Shown: positions 1 to 6,996, numbered from the stretch's first letter. The stretch is DNA of 20,000 bases from an uncultured virus (IMG/VR IMGVR_UViG_3300031413_000601) (IMGVR_UViG_3300031413_000601); one strand, 5' to 3'. Numbers and translations: made by a program. Notes: generated by a model from the letters alone, not told the origin.

Positions 1-1940
1 GGATCCAGCATGCGCAGGCCGATGTCCACGATCTGGTAGTCCACGCCCTGGATTGTGACCAGGCCGAACCGGTCGCGGCTGGTCACGGTAGCCAGCGGAG
101 AATCTGGCGACTGATCCTGATCGGTTCCGTAGTACGCGAGCAGGAAGGCGCGCACCTCGGCGTGGTGCTGGCCGCCGGCGCTGATTGTGTGAAGCGGCTC
201 TTCGACGCTGGCCGTGCTGCTGGTGCCGCGCAACTTCACCAGGCTGCTGGTAACGATGCCGGCAGTGGCGCCGCTCGCGGTGATCGTATTAATCGGATGC
301 TCGACGTCGCGGATGCCGTGGCTGAAACGTTTGCCGCCTTCCTTGCCTTCGCCGTGGCCCATATGACTCAGGTTCGCCGTCACTACCGCATGGCGATTCT
401 CCGTAGTGATGGTTTTTACTGGCTCATCGGGCAAGTGGCCGCGAGCGTCGGTCGGGCGCTTATCGCTGTAGTAAGGCTGCAAGTGCGCCGCCACCAGGCT
501 GTGGTGGTCGCAGCTGGTGATGGTGCCGATTGGGTCGTCTAGATCGGAGCCGACGACGCCGGTGTAATGCTTCGCAAGGAAAGCGGTTGCCAGGGCCTGA
601 TTGCCGGCGGCCGTGATCGTAGGCACTGGCGCCGTGGCCTCTGCCCCAGGATGGCCCGTGGTGTTGGTCATCACGAACGGCGCCAGTTCCACGGTGGAAA
701 CCGAAAAGTGGCCGCCCTTCACCTGGGCACAGACTGTGCGCAGCGGCTCGTCCACGGCCATCACGCGCTGGTTGGCGGCGTTGGCGTGTTCGTTCAAGAA
801 TGCGCTGACCAGCGCAGCCTTGCCGCCGCCAGCGGTGATCGTGCCCAACGGCTTCTCGATGTCGAGCGCGCGCGGCGCCTGGCCCTCACGCTCACCGTAG
901 CCGACCTGCACCATCGAGGCCACGGCCAGCGCCTTCTCGCCGCGCTGCGCGCCGGTGATGGTGCGGAACGGCTCGTGAACGGATTCATTGCGGTCGCTGC
1001 CCTGGTGCGTCACCGGAACAATGGTCGGCACGACCACGGCGCGGTGGTTCTCTGTGGTCAGCGTGCCGAACGGCTGCGCAGCTGGCACCGGCTTGCCGGA
1101 ATAGATCGGGCCACCCTGCCCCACAATGAACGGCGCGGGCGCGTCCACCACGTAGCGCATGATGCCCTTGGCGATGCGCCGCAGCGTGGCCGGCGCCAGC
1201 GGGCGCTTGCGCTCGAAGATCGATGGGCAAGCAATATCCCAGTCGATGCATTCGGCGGCCGTGCGGTGCGGCAGCAACTTCCCGGCCAGGACGCCGGGCG
1301 AGGTCGGCGCGCCGTGCGTCGGCGCCGGCCAGCGGATAGGAAGGCCATCGCGACGAGCGACCAGGAAGAAGCGCTTGCGAATGGTTGGGGTGTCGTAGTC
1401 GCTGGCGCGCAGCTCGCGGTGGTCGACCATGTAGCCATGGGCGCGCAGCTGGCGCAGGAAGCTCTCGAACGTTTTGCCTTTCTTCGCCGGGTCCGGACGG
1501 AAATTACCGTCAGCGTCTACAAGCAGTGGGCCCCAGGTCTTAAATTCTTCGACGTTCTCGAGCATGATCACGCGCGGCTTGCACTTCGCAGCCCAGCGCA
1601 GTGTTACCCATGCCAAACCGCGAATATTCTTCGCCACCGGTGTGCCGCCCTTGGCTTTGCTGAAATGCTTGCAGTCAGGCGACAGCCAGACCAAGCCCAC
1701 GGGCTGGTTGTTCGTCACCTTGATAGGGTCGACGTCCCACACGCTCTCGCACAGGTGCTTCGTGTGCGGGTGGTTCATGGCGTGCATCGCCAGCGCTTCG
1801 GGGTCGTGGTTGATAGCGATATCGACCGGACGGCCGAACGCTTCTTCCAGGCCGGTGCTGGTGCCGCCGCCACCGGCGAAGTTGTCGATTATCAGCTCGT
1901 GGCCCAGATCTAGGGACATGGTGAAATCATCGCGCCTCAT
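1..1940 (-). CDS. Phage DNA (cytosine-5) methyltransferase, >646 aa, 3' end outside the window
   Basis: Manual translation from ATG 1940 (ATGA overlap with the upstream stop): MRRDDFTMSLDLGHELIIDNFAGGGGTSTG (motif I), WLSPDCKHFSKAKGG (catalytic motif IV), IMLENVEEF (motif VI), and ...DIGLRMLDP at the window edge. Not in the ORF track because there is no stop codon in the window. Confidence 0.95.
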   Translation of the reverse strand, partial: MRRDDFTMSLDLGHELIIDNFAGGGGTSTGLEEAFGRPVDIAINHDPEALAMHAMNHPHTKHLCESVWDVDPIKVTNNQPVGLVWLSPDCKHFSKAKGGTPVAKNIRGLAWVTLRWAAKCKPRVIMLENVEEFKTWGPLLVDADGNFRPDPAKKGKTFESFLRQLRAHGYMVDHRELRASDYDTPTIRKRFFLVARRDGLPIRWPAPTHGAPTSPGVLAGKLLPHRTAAECIDWDIACPSIFERKRPLAPATLRRIAKGIMRYVVDAPAPFIVGQGGPIYSGKPVPAAQPFGTLTTENHRAVVVPTIVPVTHQGSDRNESVHEPFRTITGAQRGEKALAVASMVQVGYGEREGQAPRALDIEKPLGTITAGGGKAALVSAFLNEHANAANQRVMAVDEPLRTVCAQVKGGHFSVSTVELAPFVMTNTTGHPGAEATAPVPTITAAGNQALATAFLAKHYTGVVGSDLDDPIGTITSCDHHSLVAAHLQPYYSDKRPTDARGHLPDEPVKTITTENRHAVVTANLSHMGHGEGKEGGKRFSHGIRDVEHPINTITASGATAGIVTSSLVKLRGTSSTASVEEPLHTISAGGQHHAEVRAFLLAYYGTDQDQSPDSPLATVTSRDRFGLVTIQGVDYQIVDIGLRMLD

Positions 1941-2122
1941 GTGAGCCTCGGCTTCTGTGGATTGGCGAAGTGGGCACAAGGTGGCGATTCTCTTGTGTAT
2001 TCGAGCGGACCAAAGCACTGCAAGCGTTCCAATTCAGCTGAAGTGAACATGCGGGTGGGCAGAACTTCTTCGACCAGTTCCCAGATAGGCGCCACGGGTT
2101 TGGTGATCAGGTCGCGCTTCAT
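1937..2122 (-). CDS. Hypothetical phage protein, 61 aa
   Basis: ATGA overlaps at both ends within the - strand operon. Confidence 0.7.
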   Translation of the reverse strand: MKRDLITKPVAPIWELVEEVLPTRMFTSAELERLQCFGPLEYTRESPPCAHFANPQKPRLT

Positions 2123-2460
2123 GGTCGGGCTCCAGCAGCGCGGCGCACGATGCGCACCGGTGCGTGATACGGCGTGCCGCGGTAGGCTGGGCCAGCCACC
2201 TGCCCCACGTATGGCGCGGGGGCGGGTCTGGTGAGCGCGGCGCGTGCGGCGTCGGTCAGCGAGTAGATATTGCCGACCAGGCGGACGTTACCGCCGATCA
2301 TGAAGTCGAAAATGTGGCGCAGCGGCGTTTCGATGCCGCCCTTGTGGATGTCGAAATTGGCGCGTTCGCAGACCTGGTAGAAGGTACCTGGGCGGTCGAG
2401 CAGCGCGAGAAGGAGCTTGTGGGAGCGGGTACCGGTTGCGGGGAAGGTAGTGCGCGTCAT
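2119..2460 (-). CDS. Hypothetical phage protein, 113 aa (possible winged-helix N-terminus)
   Basis: ATGA-coupled at both ends; helical N-terminus followed by YSLTDAAR. Confidence 0.75.
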   Translation of the reverse strand: MTRTTFPATGTRSHKLLLALLDRPGTFYQVCERANFDIHKGGIETPLRHIFDFMIGGNVRLVGNIYSLTDAARAALTRPAPAPYVGQVAGPAYRGTPYHAPVRIVRRAAGARP

Positions 2461-2666
2461 GGTTGGCCCGCCTTTCCGTCGAGGTTATCGGCGGCGCCAC
2501 GCAGTTCGTTGCGCGCTGCGTACTCGGCGCGCTGGGCGTCGCGGTCGCGTTTATCGGCCAGGTGGGCGCGGTCTTTCTGGCGCCAGTTCTGAATTTTTCG
2601 CAAGGCTGTAGCCTCCGGCGTGCCGGATTTAGCCGGCGCCGGTTCATGTTGTGTTATATTTCGCAT
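2457..2666 (-). CDS. Hypothetical basic helical protein, 69 aa
   Basis: ATG 2666 preceded by AAGAG; stop overlaps the next start. Confidence 0.7.
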   Translation of the reverse strand: MRNITQHEPAPAKSGTPEATALRKIQNWRQKDRAHLADKRDRDAQRAEYAARNELRGAADNLDGKAGQP

Positions 2667-2693
2667 TGAATTTCTCTTGTGATGAGGGTTCTG

Positions 2694-2719
2694 AAAGCCG
2701 CGCGCCAACGCGGCTTTTT
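2694..2719. terminator. Intrinsic-terminator-like hairpin, possibly bidirectional
   Basis: AAAGCCGCG-cgccaa-CGCGGCTTT perfect 9-bp inverted repeat; T5 run on +, only TTTC on -. Confidence 0.6.
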
Positions 2720-2851
2720 CTATTTCTGCTCCGCCTTTGCAACGTCGCGCATGATTTGCTCGAACTGCTCGCGCGGCATGACGTGGCCGGGTTCTGGCGG
2801 CAACGCGTCGGCGCCCTGCCCTGCGGTGTCTTGCTGAGAAAGGGCCGTCAC
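2720..2851 (-). CDS. Small hypothetical protein, 43 aa (MTALSQQDTAGQGADALPPEPGHVMPREQFEQIMRDVAKAEQK)
   Basis: GTG start overlaps the TGA of the upstream gene (GTGA); TAG at 2720-2722; below the ORF-track cutoff. Confidence 0.65.
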   Translation of the reverse strand: MTALSQQDTAGQGADALPPEPGHVMPREQFEQIMRDVAKAEQK

Positions 2852-3090
2852 TTCGATTCCACCTTGCTCAGCGCTGCGCGCATCACCGCGACTGGGAAGT
2901 TGAACTGCTCGTGCGCCTTCAAGATCATGCTGTCGCCGAACGGCAGGCGGCCATGGCGAATCTTGCTGATGACGGGTGGCGCGACCCCGAATGCACGCGC
3001 CAGCGCGGCATCATTCTTCAACTTCAGTTCCTCGGTCAGGTAGTCGAGAAGCTGGCTTGCTCCCGGCTGTGCCTGGGCTGCTATTGACAT
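2848..3090 (-). CDS. Small HTH (XRE/Cro-like) DNA-binding protein, 80 aa
   Basis: GGAG RBS before ATG 3090; LKNDAALARAFGVAPPVISKIRHG helix-turn-helix. Confidence 0.85.
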   Translation of the reverse strand: MSIAAQAQPGASQLLDYLTEELKLKNDAALARAFGVAPPVISKIRHGRLPFGDSMILKAHEQFNFPVAVMRAALSKVESK

Positions 3091-3143
3091 ACGGTTCTCC
3101 ATCGTTTGTATCGCCGCGCGAGGCGGGGCGCGGCTTCCCGTGT

Positions 3144-3848
3144 TCAGTGGTGCGCCTGCATGGCCAACTGGTACTTGGCGAATTCGCCCGCCACCCAGCT
3201 GACACCTTTCGGCGTGAAGCGCATGCTGTTGAAGGCGTGTTCGTTCTTGGTGGAGACACCGGCCTTTACTTCGAATCGGCCGGCGTTCATGTGCTCGGCG
3301 TGCGGTGCCAACTCGCGCCCGAGGCGGTAGGCGATCTTCTTCTCCAGCAGAAACTGCCGGAATGCGTTCTCCTTCGCCTTGAGCACCTTGCACACCTGGC
3401 GGAAGCCCAGGAGGCCCGAGGCGTCGACGTAACGATCAACAAACTCAACGGCCGGCGCGGCGGCGGCCAGCGCGGCCTGCTGCTGCTCGATCAGCTCCGC
3501 CTGCTCGGCGGCCAGGCGCAGCGCGCCCGAAAGGGTGTGCGGCACCACAGGTGCGGGAAGCGCAGCGGCGGCCTCGAGTTCCTGCCAGCGATCGACCAGG
3601 CGCGCCGTAAATAGCGGCGACAACTGCGCAACGATCACGAAGCTGTCCCGCTTCCCAACACGATAATGTCGGATAGTGCGCGGGCCGGCGCCGGGATTCG
3701 ACACTTCCTCAACCTGAGGAAGTTCGATGGCGCCACTTTCGTGCAAACCGTTGATGGTGCGCAGGACGTTGTCATGGCGCTTATCGGTCAAGTCCGCGAT
3801 CTCGCGGCTGGTCATCGTTTGCGGTGCTGCTGGGTCGATCAATTTCAC
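3144..3848 (-). CDS. Phage antirepressor, Rha N-terminal domain plus KilAC/ANT C-terminal domain
   Basis: MTSREIADLTDKRHDNVLRTI (Rha-like); APAVEFVDRYV...FRQVCKVL...FTPKGVSWV (KilAC); AAGGAG RBS before the GTG start. Confidence 0.92.
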   Translation of the reverse strand: MKLIDPAAPQTMTSREIADLTDKRHDNVLRTINGLHESGAIELPQVEEVSNPGAGPRTIRHYRVGKRDSFVIVAQLSPLFTARLVDRWQELEAAAALPAPVVPHTLSGALRLAAEQAELIEQQQAALAAAAPAVEFVDRYVDASGLLGFRQVCKVLKAKENAFRQFLLEKKIAYRLGRELAPHAEHMNAGRFEVKAGVSTKNEHAFNSMRFTPKGVSWVAGEFAKYQLAMQAHH

Positions 3849-3895
3849 GGTGGCTCCTTTGCGTTGGTGCTATACCCGGCCGGTGTCGAAGCTAT

Positions 3896-4168
3896 TCACA
3901 TGCGCATGTGATGACGCGGCGCGCTGTAGTTGGCGCGGCCCGGCAGCAACATGGCCATGTTCTGGCCAGCCTTGGGCCATTCCGCTTGCGAGCGACGCTG
4001 CTTATCATTGCGAAAACGCGCTGACCAATCGTTCGCCAGCTCGCGAAGGGTCCGGCTCTGGGATTCGCCAACTTCTGCGCATGCGGCGCTGAATTCGCGA
4101 TACTCGTCCTCGTTCAGCAAGACTTTCGCGACGAGGACGCGGGGTTTCGGCATCTTGGTTCGGTTCAT
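3896..4168 (-). CDS. Hypothetical protein, 90 aa, possible ribbon-helix-helix regulator in the cII-like position
   Basis: Strong AAAGGA RBS; VAKVLLNEDEYREFSAACAEVGESQSRTLREL fits a beta-alpha-alpha pattern. Confidence 0.7.
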   Translation of the reverse strand: MNRTKMPKPRVLVAKVLLNEDEYREFSAACAEVGESQSRTLRELANDWSARFRNDKQRRSQAEWPKAGQNMAMLLPGRANYSAPRHHMRM

Positions 4169-4242
4169 GGTTTTTCCTTTAAAAGTGATTCAGGCTTTCA
4201 GGTGATGCGGATGATGCTGGTGGTACAAATTCGGATTGGTGG

Positions 4243-4614
4243 TCAGCCAGGAAGGCCGGACGAGGCGGCGCCGGTAGCAGGCGTGATGAACTCGGCGGCG
4301 TGGTCACCCTGCTTCGCCAGCACTTCGAGCAGCGTGTTTTGCTTGCGCAGCTCGGCCAGGATCAGGTCTTGGGTTTCGTCGGACATCAGTTCGGAACTCA
4401 CGAACTCGCCCTCTTGCGCAAGCAGCGCGTCGTTGATCGCGGCTTCGGCGCCGCGCGCGGCGTCGCTCAGCCGGTCAATCTTCGCTATCGCGGCATCCAG
4501 CGGTGCGCTGTCGATCTCGAAGTTGAGTTCCATCGTGATGACGCTCGGCGCGAGCTTGGCCGGCGCCGGAACGTAGCCGAGCAGCTTAGCGATGCGGTTG
4601 AGTGCGGCCTTCAT
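4243..4614 (-). CDS. Hypothetical helical protein directly downstream of cro, 123 aa
   Basis: ATG 4614 overlaps the cro stop (ATGA); GGAG upstream. Confidence 0.8.
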   Translation of the reverse strand: MKAALNRIAKLLGYVPAPAKLAPSVITMELNFEIDSAPLDAAIAKIDRLSDAARGAEAAINDALLAQEGEFVSSELMSDETQDLILAELRKQNTLLEVLAKQGDHAAEFITPATGAASSGLPG

Positions 4615-4847
4615 GCGGCGTCTCCAGTGCGATTGAGCTGAGTCAAGGGGGCCGCCGTCAGCGGCGCGCACGCTGTGCGATGCAACTCCGTGATCGCCAA
4701 GAGTGTGCTGCCCTTGCAGTCGTCCTGGCCATTGAGGATGCGGTTGACCGTGGGCTGCGAGGTGCCGAGTTCTTCCGCAATCTTCACTTCGCTCCAGCCG
4801 GTGGCGCTTTTGATCTCCGTGAGGAGTGTCGAAATTTTCTTGTCCAT
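4611..4847 (-). CDS. cro: Cro-like HTH repressor, 78 aa
   Basis: WSEVKIAEELGTSQPTVNRILNG HTH; divergent from cI. Confidence 0.9.
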   Translation of the reverse strand: MDKKISTLLTEIKSATGWSEVKIAEELGTSQPTVNRILNGQDDCKGSTLLAITELHRTACAPLTAAPLTQLNRTGDAA

Positions 4848-4853
4848 GCTCGC

Positions 4854-4882
4854 ACTCTATACGCGAATGGATAAGCAGTCAA
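4854..4882 (-). promoter_or_regulatory. pR-like sigma70 promoter for cro
   Basis: TTGACT (4882-4877), 17 bp, TAGAGT (4859-4854), then 6 nt to the cro ATG. Confidence 0.8.
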
Positions 4883-4928
4883 TACCTGAATGAATAGAAA
4901 GTTGTACTCGCTTATACGTGTACGTATA
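4858..4928. promoter_or_regulatory. OR-like operator region, three 16-bp sites (4858-4873, 4881-4896, 4913-4928)
   Basis: TATACGCGAATGGATA, AATACCTGAATGAATA and TATACGTGTACGTATA; imperfect palindromes TATnC-N6-GnATA, repeated at pL. Confidence 0.85.
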
Positions 4929-4930
4929 GT
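4902..4930 (+). promoter_or_regulatory. pRM-like promoter for cI
   Basis: TTGTAC (4902-4907), 17 bp, TATAGT (4925-4930), then 7 nt to ATG 4938. Confidence 0.8.
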
Positions 4931-4937
4931 CCCGACC

Positions 4938-5648
4938 ATGACAATCGCATCCCGCCTCGACGAAGCAATGCATGAAGCTGGGTTTCCATCCCAGAGCGCG
5001 CTCGCGCGCGCATCCGGCATCCCGCAACCCACCATCAATCGAATACTGAAAGCAGTTGGAGTGAAAGGACCGGAGTCCTCGACAGTTGCCGCCCTTGCTG
5101 CAGCATGCAATGTCTCATTCAACTGGCTGAACGAGGGCATCGGCCCCAAGGCGCGCGGCAACGACGGCACCGCTACGGCGACAAACTTCCCTCACCAAAA
5201 AGTTGCTATCGCCGAGCCAGGAGATCCCAACAGCTACTTCATCAAGAAGGTTAAGTTGCAGCTGCGAGCGGGTGTGACTGGGTTTCAAACCGTCCCTGAC
5301 ATCTATGACGGTGACACCGTGAGCCTGGCGAAGAATTGGGCGGATCGAAAAGGGTATAACCCCAAGGCCTTGATCGCACTCACCGTGGCTGGCGAAAGCA
5401 TGGAGCCAAACCTGTATGCGGGCGATGTTGTGATCGTCAACACTGCCGACATGGAGAAGAAGGACGGCGCCGTTTATGCATTTAACTACGACGGCGAAGC
5501 CGTCATTAAACGGTTAGTCAAGGAGCGCGGGGAATGGTGGCTGTTCTCGGACAACTCTGACCAGGCAAGGCATCGTCCCAAGGGGTGCGCTAGTGTGGAC
5601 TGCGGAATTATCGGCCGAGTTGTGAAGCGCGAGACTGATCACATTTAA
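4938..5648 (+). CDS. cI: CI-like phage repressor (XRE HTH plus S24 autopeptidase), 236 aa
   Basis: SQSALARASGIPQPTINRIL HTH; RAG cleavage-site-like Ala-Gly; VAGESMEP (catalytic Ser) and VIKRL (catalytic Lys). Confidence 0.95.
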   Translation: MTIASRLDEAMHEAGFPSQSALARASGIPQPTINRILKAVGVKGPESSTVAALAAACNVSFNWLNEGIGPKARGNDGTATATNFPHQKVAIAEPGDPNSYFIKKVKLQLRAGVTGFQTVPDIYDGDTVSLAKNWADRKGYNPKALIALTVAGESMEPNLYAGDVVIVNTADMEKKDGAVYAFNYDGEAVIKRLVKERGEWWLFSDNSDQARHRPKGCASVDCGIIGRVVKRETDHI

Positions 5649-5723
5649 CGAAGCGGTGACAATTCGATGGTTTTCCAGAAGCCAATTCTTTTTATAATAG
5701 CTGTTTGTCATTGTTAGGTAGCG

Positions 5724-6146
5724 ATGAAGATTTTAGGCATCTTGATCTTGGCTGCGGGCCTTGCCCTGGGACTTTATTCGATCACGATGGACGTCTCAGT
5801 GAGCGTAGCTGCCAGGGACTATGGGTATGGCATTCAGACGCCGGCAATGGAGGTGGCCAACCTCGACAAAATGTCGCAGCGCCAGAACCTCATGATCTTC
5901 TCCGGAATCCTTTCAGTGGTGGGAGCAATCCTCTTGGGCTTCGCCTCTATGCAGCCCAAAAGCTCGATGGCACCACCGCCTGCAGAGGCAACTCCTTCAG
6001 CCATCGATGAACACCGAGAATTTATGGATAAACTCCTCGCATCGCCCAATACGCCCGGCAGCTTCTCGATATGCCCCAAATGCAGGCATATGGGTGGCGG
6101 CGATGATGTGGCGTGCACTCGGTGCGGCGCGGTGTTGCCCGCATAG
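5724..6146 (+). CDS. Cargo membrane protein, two hydrophobic helices plus C-terminal zinc ribbon, 140 aa
   Basis: Hydrophobic N-terminus and LMIFSGILSVVGAILLGFA; CPKC-x10-CTRC; AGGT RBS; TATAAT at 5693-5698. Confidence 0.85.
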   Translation: MKILGILILAAGLALGLYSITMDVSVSVAARDYGYGIQTPAMEVANLDKMSQRQNLMIFSGILSVVGAILLGFASMQPKSSMAPPPAEATPSAIDEHREFMDKLLASPNTPGSFSICPKCRHMGGGDDVACTRCGAVLPA

Positions 6147-6221
6147 CAAATAGCGCGCGAGCCATCTGATGCGCGACACGCAATTCGGCCGTAGTTTACA
6201 TTTAACATCCATAGGACCACC

Positions 6222-6983
6222 ATGGGATCGGTGAAGGAAAGAAAGCCCGCCGCCCGAGGGCCCGGAGCAAAGCCAACAATCAAAACACTTCTGAGCCAGC
6301 GCGAGCTTGAGAATGCCGGCGCGAATTTCGAAGCTTTCATAAAGGCCACTCGTCAGCAGAATGAACTCGCCACGGGACTATACGCTCGATTGAGCGCCCT
6401 TGGCCTGGAAGGCCTGACGACAAGGGAGGAGTTTAGAGATGCGGTGCGGGGAACGAACTTAACCACGGAAGACGGGGCAAAACGATTTGTTGAACTTTTG
6501 GCTTTGGCTAAGGAGTTTGCGTCACTCACACCTCCGATTGAAGAAGTACCGGGCGCGAGACTCGAACCCGAAAGTTCTGTGGTTGACAGTTCACCAACAA
6601 AAGAAGAAGATCACCCTATGAGCGCTCCAACCCGCGAGGAAATCGACACCAAACTAGAACTCATCGAAACTCGGATGGACGGGCGAGTTGCAGCCATCGA
6701 AAGCTCAGTACGAGCTGCGATCGCCGAATCGCAGGAGACCAGGCGCGACATCAAGGGTTTGAGGTGGACTATCATCTTCACCGCTGTCGCGACCGTGGTC
6801 GGGCTGTGGGGAGTAAATGCCGCAATCTTTTCGAATATGGTGGCATCGTTCGAATCGGGCAAGAGTACGGCGACAGCGCAGGCCGAGGTGAAGAAGCAGA
6901 CCGAGGAGACGGCAGCACTGATTAAACGCATGCAGGAAGATCTGGATGCCCGGAAAACAGCAGTTCCGCCGGCTGGAAAATAG
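6222..6983 (+). CDS. Cargo protein, 253 aa: helical N-module, coiled coil, single TM helix, coiled coil (alternative start at 6618)
   Basis: AGGA RBS before ATG 6222; TM WTIIFTAVATVVGLWGVNAAIF; followed by a terminator. Confidence 0.85.
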   Translation: MGSVKERKPAARGPGAKPTIKTLLSQRELENAGANFEAFIKATRQQNELATGLYARLSALGLEGLTTREEFRDAVRGTNLTTEDGAKRFVELLALAKEFASLTPPIEEVPGARLEPESSVVDSSPTKEEDHPMSAPTREEIDTKLELIETRMDGRVAAIESSVRAAIAESQETRRDIKGLRWTIIFTAVATVVGLWGVNAAIFSNMVASFESGKSTATAQAEVKKQTEETAALIKRMQEDLDARKTAVPPAGK

Positions 6984-6996
6984 CCCCCCCACCATC

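Noticed and set aside
567..1913. 448-aa + strand ORF (and 162-542)
   Set aside because: Antisense shadow of the - strand methyltransferase; no motifs, and long shadow ORFs are expected in GC-rich DNA.
1114..4224. KOPS-like GGGCAGGG (- strand, ~1114 and 2814) and Chi-like GCTGGTGG (~4217)
   Set aside because: A few GC-rich 8-mers are expected by chance, and the host's motifs are unknown.
1941..4242. Absence of O/P-type replication genes or iterons after cro
   Set aside because: The operon continues beyond the left edge of the window, so absence cannot be claimed.
4890..4937. ORF-track N-terminal extension of cI from 4890
   Set aside because: It would run through OR2, OR3 and pRM; ATG 4938 fits the HTH start and leaderless geometry.
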